Assembly (NCBI GenBank): GCA_002435795.1
Contig: DIUE01000068.1
Coordinates: 58,552 to 122,551, forward strand
From: Bacteriovoracaceae bacterium UBA6166
GTDB lineage: Bacteria; Bdellovibrionota; Bacteriovoracia; Bacteriovoracales; Bacteriovoracaceae
Reading direction: 5' to 3'
Length of the DNA: 64,000 nucleotides
Below are positions 27,785 through 36,989 of the stretch, piece after piece. The translations under genes and the position numbers were made by a program. Each line of letters opens with the position of its first letter. Position 1 is the stretch's first letter. The notes beneath the pieces were generated by a model. It ran no database searches. It had not been told where the DNA came from and saw nothing but the letters and a program-made list of their open reading frames with translations.

Positions 27785-28897
27785 CTAGTGGTCTAACAGA
27801 AAAGATCTAGCGATGATTTCCCTAGTAGCTTTTTCACCTTTTACAAATTCCATTTGAATTTCAAGATAAACCAAACGTGGATAGTCAGCTACTCTTCTAA
27901 TTTTTACCATATCTTTCTCTGTAGTGATAATCATGGCATCTAAATCAGTCGCCAGTTGAATTAACCTATCAATATCCTCTACTTTATAATCATAATGATC
28001 AGGAAAACTTTCTCGAGAAAGAATTTCAACTCCTAGGGATTCTAATAATTGAAAAAAGGAATCAGGAGATGCGAGGCCTGCAATACAAATCGCTCGCAAT
28101 CCCACAATTTGCTCCACTGAATACGACTTTGTATAGACCGAAGAAAAAAGTCCGGTGGGAACATACTTCACCTCTGCAATGGGCACTTTTTGTTTGAGAT
28201 GAGACTCTAACAAAGAGATCAGTTCCGTTTTCTTCTCAAGAGAAACCTGATCGACTCGGCCGAGCACAATAAGATCAGCGTCTTTGAGGGCCGAAAATCC
28301 TTCTCGCATATAACCCATCGGCGCGACTTTATAGCGGTCAAGAGGGAGAAGTGAATCAAAAAGTAAAATATTGAGATTTCGACCTAGCTTAAGATGTTGA
28401 TGTCCATCATCAAGCAGAACAATATCCGGTTGTTCTTCGCTAAAATAGTGATCCAAGTTTTCGCTTCTATTTTTTCCAACAACGATTGATGTATTTTTTA
28501 AGCGTCTGGATAAAAGCAGCGCCTCATCGCCGTAATCACTGGGGTTAAAATTTAGTCTTTTCCCCCCTCTCAAAATTCCAGATTTATATTCCAAGCGTCC
28601 TTTATAACCACGCATAAGAATCATGACTTTCATTCCGAGTGAATCTAAGTATTCGGCCAGCCATAATGTGAAGGGAGTTTTTCCTGTGCCACCAAAAGTT
28701 AAATTGCCTACAGAAATAATGGGGACGACGAATTCATTTTGTCGATAGACGCCGTAAGTGAAAGCAAATCGTCTAAAACGATAGATGCTGTCCCAAATCA
28801 GGGCCAAAGGCTTCAAAATCAGAAGAACTAAAATAGATTTAAGTATCGCTGTTAATTTTTTCACCGATATATTCGCCTGCAGTCTGCATCTCTCCAC
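27785..28897 (-). CDS. lpxK: tetraacyldisaccharide 4'-kinase
   Basis: VPIISVGNLTFGGTGKTPF P-loop, ILMRGY, DDGHQH. GTG start at 28897 or 28864, so it overlaps the lpxB 3' end by 26-59 nt either way. Confidence 0.9.
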   Translation of the reverse strand: MERCRLQANISVKKLTAILKSILVLLILKPLALIWDSIYRFRRFAFTYGVYRQNEFVVPIISVGNLTFGGTGKTPFTLWLAEYLDSLGMKVMILMRGYKGRLEYKSGILRGGKRLNFNPSDYGDEALLLSRRLKNTSIVVGKNRSENLDHYFSEEQPDIVLLDDGHQHLKLGRNLNILLFDSLLPLDRYKVAPMGYMREGFSALKDADLIVLGRVDQVSLEKKTELISLLESHLKQKVPIAEVKYVPTGLFSSVYTKSYSVEQIVGLRAICIAGLASPDSFFQLLESLGVEILSRESFPDHYDYKVEDIDRLIQLATDLDAMIITTEKDMVKIRRVADYPRLVYLEIQMEFVKGEKATREIIARSFLLDH

Positions 28898-29972
28898 TGA
28901 TAAGAGATTGGGTTTTTAGAAGCTCAGTTCTCAACTCTTGGAGTTGGTTCATATCGCTAAGCCACGCTTTGAGTTGTTGATAGAGATTATACCCGCTCGC
29001 TCTTTCTGCCAAAAATTCTGGAAAAACCATTTTGTTAAAAATCAGATTTGCGAGAGAAATTGGCCCTCTATATTGAACGAATGTGTAAAATAAATATTCA
29101 TTGAGAAGAGAAGTTTTGTAGCTCACAATTGTTGGGACGGCATAAAGAGCACAGGTCAACGTCACTGTCCCGCTGGCCGCCAGTGCAAGATCATTCTCAA
29201 GAAAGGCCTGGCCTAGTTGATCATCGGTGTACTCACAATCGACGTACTCCTCAATTTTTCCATAGAGTTCTTTTGGAAGATGGCGGGCCCGAACCATTGA
29301 AACTTCAAATTTATAATCTTTACCAAGATACTTCAAGGCCTCACGAAATTCTGGCAAGAGCATCTCGACTTCTGACTTGCGGCTACCTGGTAATAGAAGA
29401 ATCTTTATTTTTTCCGGATTAATTGGTTTTGATTTCTTTTCTTGGATTAGAGGAAAATGATCTTGATGAGTTTTCCATAAAGGATGATTGACGGAGAATA
29501 CTCTCTCCACTCCTCGATCGAGAAACCATTTTTTTTCAAAAGGGAGAATCACAAATAAAGAGTGAACCGCTCGTGCGATTTTTTTGCCACGCCATCCCTT
29601 CCAAGCCCAAGCTTGAGGGGCAACATAATAAAAGATTTTGACACCTTTTTTTTGTAGCCGCTGTGCTAGCTTTAGATTGAAGTCTTGAAAATCGATTAAA
29701 ATCGCACTTTGAGTTTTTCTCTTAAGGCATTCATCTTCAATTTCTTTTAAGGCCTTTAAATAGAAAGGGATTTTGCTTATAACTTCTGTATAACCCCAGG
29801 ATGAAAATTCTTTAAGGTGGTACTTTAGGGCAACCCCCTTTTGTTTCATTTCATCTCCGCCGACTCCCCAAAAATCAATATCTGGGCAGCTGGCTTTGAG
29901 GCCTGGCAATAAACTTAAAAAATGATCTTCACCAGACTTTTCCCCGGCAATGACGAGGCAAGACTTAGTCAT
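28839..29972 (-). CDS. lpxB: lipid-A-disaccharide synthase
   Basis: IAGEKSGEDH, FWGVGGD, YYVAPQAWAWK, LLPGSRKSEV, ASGTVTL. Confidence 0.92.
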   Translation of the reverse strand: MTKSCLVIAGEKSGEDHFLSLLPGLKASCPDIDFWGVGGDEMKQKGVALKYHLKEFSSWGYTEVISKIPFYLKALKEIEDECLKRKTQSAILIDFQDFNLKLAQRLQKKGVKIFYYVAPQAWAWKGWRGKKIARAVHSLFVILPFEKKWFLDRGVERVFSVNHPLWKTHQDHFPLIQEKKSKPINPEKIKILLLPGSRKSEVEMLLPEFREALKYLGKDYKFEVSMVRARHLPKELYGKIEEYVDCEYTDDQLGQAFLENDLALAASGTVTLTCALYAVPTIVSYKTSLLNEYLFYTFVQYRGPISLANLIFNKMVFPEFLAERASGYNLYQQLKAWLSDMNQLQELRTELLKTQSLISGEMQTAGEYIGEKINSDT

Positions 29973-30916
29973 TCGCGGAAATCCAATTTTTTAGGCCCCG
30001 AGCTTATCAAAGAGTTTAGAGACTCCTCAACCAGATAGACCGCTCGAACTCCGTCCATTAATGAAACCATAGGTGGTATATTACTTAAGATAGATTTATA
30101 AAATGATTTTTGTTCAAGCAAAAGATGGTCTCTTTTTTCGTAAGACTCAACCGAGGTTGTCTCTGTTTTGTTATCAGAGAAACGAATCTCATTTCTAAGT
30201 AAATCGATAAAAACCTGTCCGTCTTTAGAAGTCAGCTTCCAATAGCGCTCCTCACAAGCAGCGTTGCGCCCGACATGAATTTCTACTCTTTTTTGAGGAG
30301 AAAATTCAAACTGAGTTTTGACATGATCCCAAGTCTGGGTACGAATTTTAAAACCTAAAGATGAAAGTGATTTTGGCTTCTCTTCCATAAGCCAAAGCAT
30401 GAGATCGATATCATGAATCATCAGATCTTGAACCACGTCAACATCCGTCGCTCGCGCTTTAAAAGCAGACTGTCGACTCACTTCAATTAAGAGCTCTGAG
30501 CTCTTGAAGAATTTCTTAAGTCTTACGTCTTCCCAAACTTTATGACAGCGCTCACTATGGCCGACTTGAAAAACTTGTCCAGGTTTTAACTCACGACTGA
30601 GTTTAAGTGCTTCAGAATAAGTTGATGTGACAGGCTTCTCACAAAAAATATGCTTTCCAATCGCTATAAGCTCGTGACAGAGCTGAAAATGAAAGCTTGT
30701 AGGAGTGACGATTAAAGCTGCTTCGAACTTAGACTCATGCCCTTGCCAAGAAGTGACAATTTCTGTTTCTGGGTAGCGACGTTTTAAGTCCTCATGGTTT
30801 TGAAACTGAGGTTCAACAATCAAAACTAGTTCAGACTCTTCAAGGCCCTTTGCTTTTTCAGCATGCCACTTGCCTAAAAATCCATGTCCAAAAAGCGCGA
30901 CTTTAATTTTTTTCAC
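29969..30916 (-). CDS. Gfo/Idh/MocA family NAD-dependent oxidoreductase in GnnA position
   Basis: Rossmann motif KVALFGHGFLGKWH and conserved FCEKP. 315 aa, translationally coupled (ATGA) to lpxB and immediately downstream of lpxA. Confidence 0.8.
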   Translation of the reverse strand: MKKIKVALFGHGFLGKWHAEKAKGLEESELVLIVEPQFQNHEDLKRRYPETEIVTSWQGHESKFEAALIVTPTSFHFQLCHELIAIGKHIFCEKPVTSTYSEALKLSRELKPGQVFQVGHSERCHKVWEDVRLKKFFKSSELLIEVSRQSAFKARATDVDVVQDLMIHDIDLMLWLMEEKPKSLSSLGFKIRTQTWDHVKTQFEFSPQKRVEIHVGRNAACEERYWKLTSKDGQVFIDLLRNEIRFSDNKTETTSVESYEKRDHLLLEQKSFYKSILSNIPPMVSLMDGVRAVYLVEESLNSLISSGPKKLDFRE

Positions 30917-30927
30917 TCTAAGATTCC

Positions 30928-31716
30928 TTACGAAACAAATGGGGCGATACCAACTTCACTGCGACGGATACTCTCCGCCATCTCTTGGATGATTTCGTTG
31001 TCTTTAAACTCCTCCATTGTTTCAGCGTGTTCGACAAAGCTTCTTGGTGAGCGAGCAGCAGCTTCCATTCGACGATAGAAGTCCACCACCTCTGTGATGA
31101 CTTGTTTGCTATGCCCCTGTCTTCTGAGGCCTATGATATTGATGCCCTTCAGGCGAACGCGGTTTCCGTAAGCCGTGCAAAAAAGTGGGATGTCGCGATC
31201 GATACCACTTCCACCACCGATATAGGAGCCGCGACCGAGAGAGATAAATTGAGAGATATTTGTTCCGCCACCGATGATAACGAAATCTCCAATTTTTACA
31301 TGTCCGGCAATATTCACTGAGTTTGCCATCACACATTTTTTTCCGATCACAGCGTCGTGACCAATATGCACATGGGCCATAAGAAGGCAGTTATCTTTGA
31401 TGATCGTGATTTCATTTTCTTTTTTAGTTCCGCGATGAATGGAGACGTATTCGCGGAAAATATTTTGGTTTCCAATCACTGTGCGCGTAGGCTCACCTTT
31501 GTAGGTAAGATCTTGTGGGGGCGCGCCAATAGAGCAGAATTGATAAAACTCATTCTCTTCTCCAATCTCTGTGTGCCCGTCGATCACAACATGAGAGTGG
31601 ACCTTTGTTCCCGCACCAATTTTTACGTTAGCACCGATAATCGAATACGGTCCCACTTGCACATTGCTGGCAAGCTCGGCACCTTCATGAATGATTGCGG
31701 TAGGATGAATCAACAT
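30928..31716 (-). CDS. lpxA: acyl-ACP--UDP-N-acetylglucosamine O-acyltransferase
   Basis: [28 protein letters not shown] hexapeptide repeats, 262 aa, canonical position after fabZ. Confidence 0.95.
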   Translation of the reverse strand: MLIHPTAIIHEGAELASNVQVGPYSIIGANVKIGAGTKVHSHVVIDGHTEIGEENEFYQFCSIGAPPQDLTYKGEPTRTVIGNQNIFREYVSIHRGTKKENEITIIKDNCLLMAHVHIGHDAVIGKKCVMANSVNIAGHVKIGDFVIIGGGTNISQFISLGRGSYIGGGSGIDRDIPLFCTAYGNRVRLKGINIIGLRRQGHSKQVITEVVDFYRRMEAAARSPRSFVEHAETMEEFKDNEIIQEMAESIRRSEVGIAPFVS

Positions 31717-31731
31717 ATTACCTTCCTTGAT

Positions 31732-32217
31732 TTAGCGAATAGAAGCCATAACCGTGGCCTCAGACATTAATTGATCTTGATGAAATATTTGACAGCGACT
31801 CGTAAGCATTGGCCCACGACTTTTTTCACAGACGGTCTTTATCACTAAATCCATTTCTGGCTTGATAGGTTTTCTAAACTTGGCATCACTTACAGAAAGC
31901 AGCGCTACTTCAAGATTGAAGCTTCCCTTATCGTCGAGCATAGGATGAATCACAAAACTCGTTGCCTGCGCCATCATTTCGACTTGAACAACGCCTGGTA
32001 AAATGGGATTACCTGGAAAATGTCCAGCAAAAATCGGATGGTCTGCTTTTGTTCTGTAGTGAGCGATAATTTCCATACCGATAGTTTTCTTTAAATCAAT
32101 TCCTGCTCCCGGAATAATTTCTTCTTTGGGGGCAGAGATGGATTCGACTGAGTCGATAAATAAAAAAGGATCTCTGTGGGGAAGCAATGTAATAACGTCT
32201 TTATAGTTTAATTTCAT
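31732..32217 (-). CDS. fabZ: 3-hydroxyacyl-ACP dehydratase
   Basis: LPHRDPFLFID, HFPGNPILPGV, hotdog-fold length (161 aa). Confidence 0.95.
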   Translation of the reverse strand: MKLNYKDVITLLPHRDPFLFIDSVESISAPKEEIIPGAGIDLKKTIGMEIIAHYRTKADHPIFAGHFPGNPILPGVVQVEMMAQATSFVIHPMLDDKGSFNLEVALLSVSDAKFRKPIKPEMDLVIKTVCEKSRGPMLTSRCQIFHQDQLMSEATVMASIR

Positions 32218-33260
32218 GATGACCTCTCTTCTCTAGCTAAAGACAATTTGCGAACGGTGGCAAGCCCTTTCATCCACTCTTTTAAAGGACGTGCGGGATG
32301 ACCACCGAGTACAGTTCCTGCTGGCCAATCGCAATTCACCAGCGCACCGCCAGCAACTTGGCAGCCGTCACCGAGGGACATTCCATCCCCCATGCCCGAC
32401 TTCCCGCCGAAGACTACAAAGTTTCCAAGTTTTGAGCTCCCACCAATGGCAACATGACCACAAATAATCACGCCCATTCCAAGCTGACAATTATGTCCAA
32501 TTTGCACATGATTATCGATCTTACTTCCTTGTCCAATCAAAGTTGGAGTAAAGGTTCCCTGATCGATTGCTGAGCAGGCACCAATTTCTACGTCGTCAGA
32601 AATTTCCACTCCGCCCATATGCCATATTTTTAAATGTTGTTTTCCATCAAAATGATAACCAAATCCATCGGCACCGATAGAGCTTTGAGAGTGGATGCGA
32701 CAGTTCTTGCCGATTTTCACGTGATGATAAATCACTGTGTTGGGATAAATAACAGTGCCGGCGCCAATAAAACATCGGCCGAGAATTCTCACCCCTGAAT
32801 GAATGACGACATTCTCTTCAATCACGACATCAGGCCCTATAAAAGCGCCTTGTGAGATTTCCACACTAGGATCAATGGTAGTTGAGCCTAGTTGCCTGCC
32901 ATCAATCAGGTTTTGCAAACCTTGGAATTTTTCTTCGTAAAAAGCTTTGGAGAGGATAACCATCGATAGCGGCACATCAGGACTTAAAATTAAGCTCTCA
33001 GTTCGGCTTTTAAAAAAAGCTTGCTCGTCTTTAGAGAGTTTATCCCAGTACTTTTGGTCAATAAGCGCTGAGGGTTTTAGCTCAGTCTTTTTTTCTAATT
33101 TTTCTTTAAATACCTCAGCGAACTTTCTGTTTTTTACAAAACACAATGCCTCTGGACTGAGGTCATCAAAGCTTGTGAGCCTTTTGACAGAGAATGCCTC
33201 AGCATCTCCCTGAAGGAGAGAAAGTGTCGGATCTAGTTTTAGGAGTGTGTGCAATTGCAT
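32214..33260 (-). CDS. lpxD: UDP-3-O-acylglucosamine N-acyltransferase
   Basis: 348 aa. N-terminal uridine-binding region, then a long hexapeptide-repeat LbH domain (IGKNCRIHSQSSIGADGFGY..). ATGA overlap with fabZ. Confidence 0.92.
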   Translation of the reverse strand: MQLHTLLKLDPTLSLLQGDAEAFSVKRLTSFDDLSPEALCFVKNRKFAEVFKEKLEKKTELKPSALIDQKYWDKLSKDEQAFFKSRTESLILSPDVPLSMVILSKAFYEEKFQGLQNLIDGRQLGSTTIDPSVEISQGAFIGPDVVIEENVVIHSGVRILGRCFIGAGTVIYPNTVIYHHVKIGKNCRIHSQSSIGADGFGYHFDGKQHLKIWHMGGVEISDDVEIGACSAIDQGTFTPTLIGQGSKIDNHVQIGHNCQLGMGVIICGHVAIGGSSKLGNFVVFGGKSGMGDGMSLGDGCQVAGGALVNCDWPAGTVLGGHPARPLKEWMKGLATVRKLSLAREERSS

Positions 33261-33339
33261 TTATTCCCTCTCTGAAAAAGGAAAAGGGGAATAGCCCTAT
33301 TAAAGCCTTCCCCTTCTAGAAAAACGAAAAAAAATGGAT

Positions 33340-33867
33340 CTACTTGTGACGCTTGTTATATTCCTTCACTACATCTTCAGTGAGGTCCTTTTTGTTTTTA
33401 GCGTAAAGGATTGGAGCTGTAGAGGCTTCGAAAGTGAGATCAACTGCTGCCTTGGCAGAGATTTCTTCAACGATCACTCTGATTCTTTCCAAGATCGGCT
33501 GCTTAAGAGTTTGCTCTCTCTCTCTTAAAAGATTTTGGTACTCAGTGGTTTTTTCTTGGATTTCAAAGATTGCTTTTTGGATAGCTTGCTGTCTTTGCAT
33601 TTTGGCTTGATCATTGAGAGCAACTGATTGCTTCTCAAAATCTTCCTGCATTTTTTGAATTTTTTCTTCTTCTTTTTTGAGCTCTACTTGCTTCTCGTTG
33701 AAGAATTTTTCAAGTTCGGTGCGAACTTTTTTGCCTTCATTGATTGTCAGAAGAACTTGTTGAATATCAACTCGACCAATGGTCATCTCAGCAAAAGCTG
33801 GTGTTAGGAATGAAAACAATAAAGCGATCAAAAGCATTTTTTTCATAAAGAAACTCCTAGGCTTCAA
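33340..33867 (-). CDS. skp: OmpH/Skp periplasmic chaperone
   Basis: Signal peptide and K/E/Q-rich helical arms (ELEKFFNEKQVELKKEEEKIQKMQEDFEKQ), between bamA and lpxD as usual. Start may be the internal MKKMLLIAL. Confidence 0.8.
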   Translation of the reverse strand: MKPRSFFMKKMLLIALLFSFLTPAFAEMTIGRVDIQQVLLTINEGKKVRTELEKFFNEKQVELKKEEEKIQKMQEDFEKQSVALNDQAKMQRQQAIQKAIFEIQEKTTEYQNLLREREQTLKQPILERIRVIVEEISAKAAVDLTFEASTAPILYAKNKKDLTEDVVKEYNKRHK

Positions 33868-33871
33868 AAAA

Positions 33872-36187
33872 CTAAAATAATTGTCCTATATCAAAGTGAA
33901 ATTGGCTACCGCTAATGCCGTCGTCAGCGTTGAGCGGATAACCGAACTCAAAACGCAAGACGCCAATAGGTGAAAACCAACGAAAGCCAAAACCATAGTT
34001 TGCGTAAGGCTTAAACTCATCAATCTTAGCTGCGTCACCAACATCAAAGAAAACAACCCACTTAAGGCCTGCTTCCCGCGCAAGCGGATGCTCTAGTTCA
34101 AAAGTAGAATACGCACTAAATAAAGATCGCGAATTGAAAATAACCTCTCGGCCTGAGAAAGGATCAACAACCGTTCGTTTTGGTCCGATATCTTCGAAGT
34201 CGTAACCTCTTAAGTTTCTCGAACCACCAAGCTGGAACATTTCTGAACGCGGCACAGGACGGCCACGAGCCCCATTAATATTTGAGCCATAAACCCTAGA
34301 GCGGAAAACAAGGTCGCCGATAATATTATAGTAGTACCGAGTATCAAGCTCTTGTCTCCACCAGAATTTCTCACCACCAAGACCTGCGTATTCGGCAGAG
34401 AGACTGAAATAATGCCCACCAGTCGGCTCAAAAATATTGTTTCGTTTATCGTGTACGAGTGTGGCACGCAGTGAAGAAGCTAAACCATTTTCAGTGTCTG
34501 GATCAATTGTCGGATCAAGTACGTCTTCAAGTTTTGTATCTTCAAATTTATAGGTCAAAAATAAACGAGTATAATCAAAAATTGGATAACCAACTCTCAA
34601 GTCAAAACCTTGCTTGAGGTAAGAGAAGGAAAGGGACTGTTCGTTTTTCGTGCGAAAAATATCAGCTCCAGCACTCCATTTTGAATCAAATAAATAGGGT
34701 TCAGTGAATCCCAGGTTGAAGCGCTGATCATTGCTCGCCATCGACAAACTGAACGAGAGATTTTGTCCTAAACCATTAAAGTTATTTTGGGCAATCGACG
34801 CTTGCAAAAATCCACCAGTTGCCGTCGAGTAACCCGCTCCCAGTGAGATCTGTCCGGTATTGCGCTCTTTCACACTGATTTCGACATCGAGAGTATCGTC
34901 TTGGCCACGAGGACTAATCGTATTAAAAACCACTGAACCCGGCTCGAAGAAACCTAAGCGCTCAACGTTTTCTCGCGACCTTCTAAGGTCAGAACCTGAG
35001 AACTGTGTTCCTTCAATAATTCGAAGTTCACGCCTGATGACTTTATCTCGAGTTTTTGTATTTCCTTTGACCGTAATTCTTCCAAAAGAAGCGAGCTTCC
35101 CTTTCTCAAATGAGAATTCAATATCAACCTTATTCTCACCGGGGACCACTTCGAGCGTTCTTAGGACGTTGGCGAAGGCATAACCCTGATCCTGATAGAG
35201 CTCTGTCAAAGTTTGAATATCCAGTCGCAAAGACTCTTCAGAGTAAATCGAACCTTCAGTCATGCGCATTTTTTCCGTCAGCTCTGCCGAGGTGAAAAGC
35301 ATTTCACCTTGGAATCGAATTCGGTTAACGGTAAACATCGGCCCTTCGACTACTTTAATGGTGATGAATACCCATTTCTTGTCTTCTGATACTGTAATCT
35401 CAGGTGTTCCAACATTGACTTGGAAATACCCTTTAGTGCGATAGAAATACTTCAATTTCTCGATATCGGTCATGAAGTTAAATTCCCGGAAATTTCCAGC
35501 TCCAGACATAAAAGAAAAGAGACCTTCTTCCCGAGTTTCCATAATGTCTTTAAGTTGGTCATCTGAGAAAGCTTTGGTTCCGAGAAAGGTAATTTTTTTC
35601 ACTCGGACCTTGTCGTATTCTTGAATTTGAAAAACGAGCTCGATTTTATCATCCTCTAATTCGCGAATTTCATAACCCACAGAAGCGAGATAAAACCCTT
35701 TTTCTTCGTATTGTTTTTGTAAAGCTAGCACATCGGCTTTCACAGTATTGACGTCGACGATGCTAAATTCTTTGGAGCGAATTTGAGAGATCAGATCATC
35801 TTTTTTGATCTCGTTATTTCCTTCAAAAACTAAACGCTGAATAATCGGCTTTTCTTTAAGCACAAAAACTAAAGTGTCGAGGCCATCAATTTTTTCTCTG
35901 CGAGCTTCAACTGAATCAAAATACTTCAGCTGATAAATTCGCTGAATGTCTTCCCGCAAGAGGTAATTATCAAGCATCATCTCAACCCGTACACCGACGC
36001 GATCAAGGATGGCTTCTCGCTCTACTTTGCGCAAACCTCTGACTTCGATATTTTCAACTTTAAAAAGATCAACTCGAGGACCTAAATCCTCACTTGCAAC
36101 AAGTGATGTCTGAACGCTAAGAAGCGCAGTAAGAACAATAAGAAGGCGCAGAATAAGGTGAACGCGCAAATTCACAGGACCAAGCAT
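33872..36187 (-). CDS. bamA: outer membrane protein assembly factor BamA
   Basis: 771 aa. POTRA repeats, then an Omp85 barrel (..RNLRGY.., C-terminal ..FHFDIGQLF). Confidence 0.95.
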   Translation of the reverse strand: MLGPVNLRVHLILRLLIVLTALLSVQTSLVASEDLGPRVDLFKVENIEVRGLRKVEREAILDRVGVRVEMMLDNYLLREDIQRIYQLKYFDSVEARREKIDGLDTLVFVLKEKPIIQRLVFEGNNEIKKDDLISQIRSKEFSIVDVNTVKADVLALQKQYEEKGFYLASVGYEIRELEDDKIELVFQIQEYDKVRVKKITFLGTKAFSDDQLKDIMETREEGLFSFMSGAGNFREFNFMTDIEKLKYFYRTKGYFQVNVGTPEITVSEDKKWVFITIKVVEGPMFTVNRIRFQGEMLFTSAELTEKMRMTEGSIYSEESLRLDIQTLTELYQDQGYAFANVLRTLEVVPGENKVDIEFSFEKGKLASFGRITVKGNTKTRDKVIRRELRIIEGTQFSGSDLRRSRENVERLGFFEPGSVVFNTISPRGQDDTLDVEISVKERNTGQISLGAGYSTATGGFLQASIAQNNFNGLGQNLSFSLSMASNDQRFNLGFTEPYLFDSKWSAGADIFRTKNEQSLSFSYLKQGFDLRVGYPIFDYTRLFLTYKFEDTKLEDVLDPTIDPDTENGLASSLRATLVHDKRNNIFEPTGGHYFSLSAEYAGLGGEKFWWRQELDTRYYYNIIGDLVFRSRVYGSNINGARGRPVPRSEMFQLGGSRNLRGYDFEDIGPKRTVVDPFSGREVIFNSRSLFSAYSTFELEHPLAREAGLKWVVFFDVGDAAKIDEFKPYANYGFGFRWFSPIGVLRFEFGYPLNADDGISGSQFHFDIGQLF

Positions 36188-36329
36188 TTAGGCTCCACGA
36201 TGACCGAACTAGAAACGCACCGCAATGGATGTCCTAGTGACCGACATTTCTCTCGAATACTGGAGAAAAAACTACCAATAATGTCACGTTCTTACAAAGA
36301 ATAAGTGCGCTTAATACTAACGCTTGGGG

Positions 36330-36989
36330 CTAGTTTTCAAATTGTCCGTCTTTCATACGGTAGACACTCTCAAACATCGACACGACATTGGGGTCGTGAG
36401 AGACGACCAGCAAGGTAGAGCCTTGTTCTTCCGCCAATCTTTTAAGCATCAAACTCACTTTGGTTGAGTTTTCCGAATCGAGATTTCCTGTAGGCTCGTC
36501 GCACAAAATCAGACGAGGGCGCAGCGACAATGCGCGAATAATATTGATTCTCTGCTGCTCGCCGCCAGAAAGCTCGTAGGGAAATTTGCTCAAACAGTGT
36601 TCGACTCCCAGCTCTTCGCTGTATTTTTTTGCGTATTTCACAATATCGGCTTCTCGGTGACCACCGATACGGGCCGGCAATAAAATATTTTCAAGGCCAG
36701 TCATTGAAGGCAACAAAAAGTGAAACTGAAAAACAAACCCTACCCAGCGATTGCGATACTCGGCCAGACCATCATCAGTGAGACTATTGAGATTTTTTCC
36801 TTGGATGAGAATTTCACCGGAAGTTGGTCGGTCAAGACCACCCAAAAGATAAAGCAAAGTCGATTTTCCACAACCGGACGAACCTTGAATAGCGTACTGG
36901 GCCCCTTCTTCGAGCTTGAGACTGACGCCATTCAACGCTTTGACTTGACCATAATGGCGATGAAGATCAGTGACTTCAATAAGACTCAT
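36330..36989 (-). CDS. lolD: lipoprotein-releasing system ATP-binding protein
   Basis: Walker A GSSGCGKST, signature LSGGEQQR, Walker B LILCDEPTGNLD. Start at MSLIEVTDL gives a TAATG overlap with the upstream permease stop; the 28 extra codons in the track ORF are unlikely. Confidence 0.85.
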   Translation of the reverse strand: MSLIEVTDLHRHYGQVKALNGVSLKLEEGAQYAIQGSSGCGKSTLLYLLGGLDRPTSGEILIQGKNLNSLTDDGLAEYRNRWVGFVFQFHFLLPSMTGLENILLPARIGGHREADIVKYAKKYSEELGVEHCLSKFPYELSGGEQQRINIIRALSLRPRLILCDEPTGNLDSENSTKVSLMLKRLAEEQGSTLLVVSHDPNVVSMFESVYRMKDGQFEN

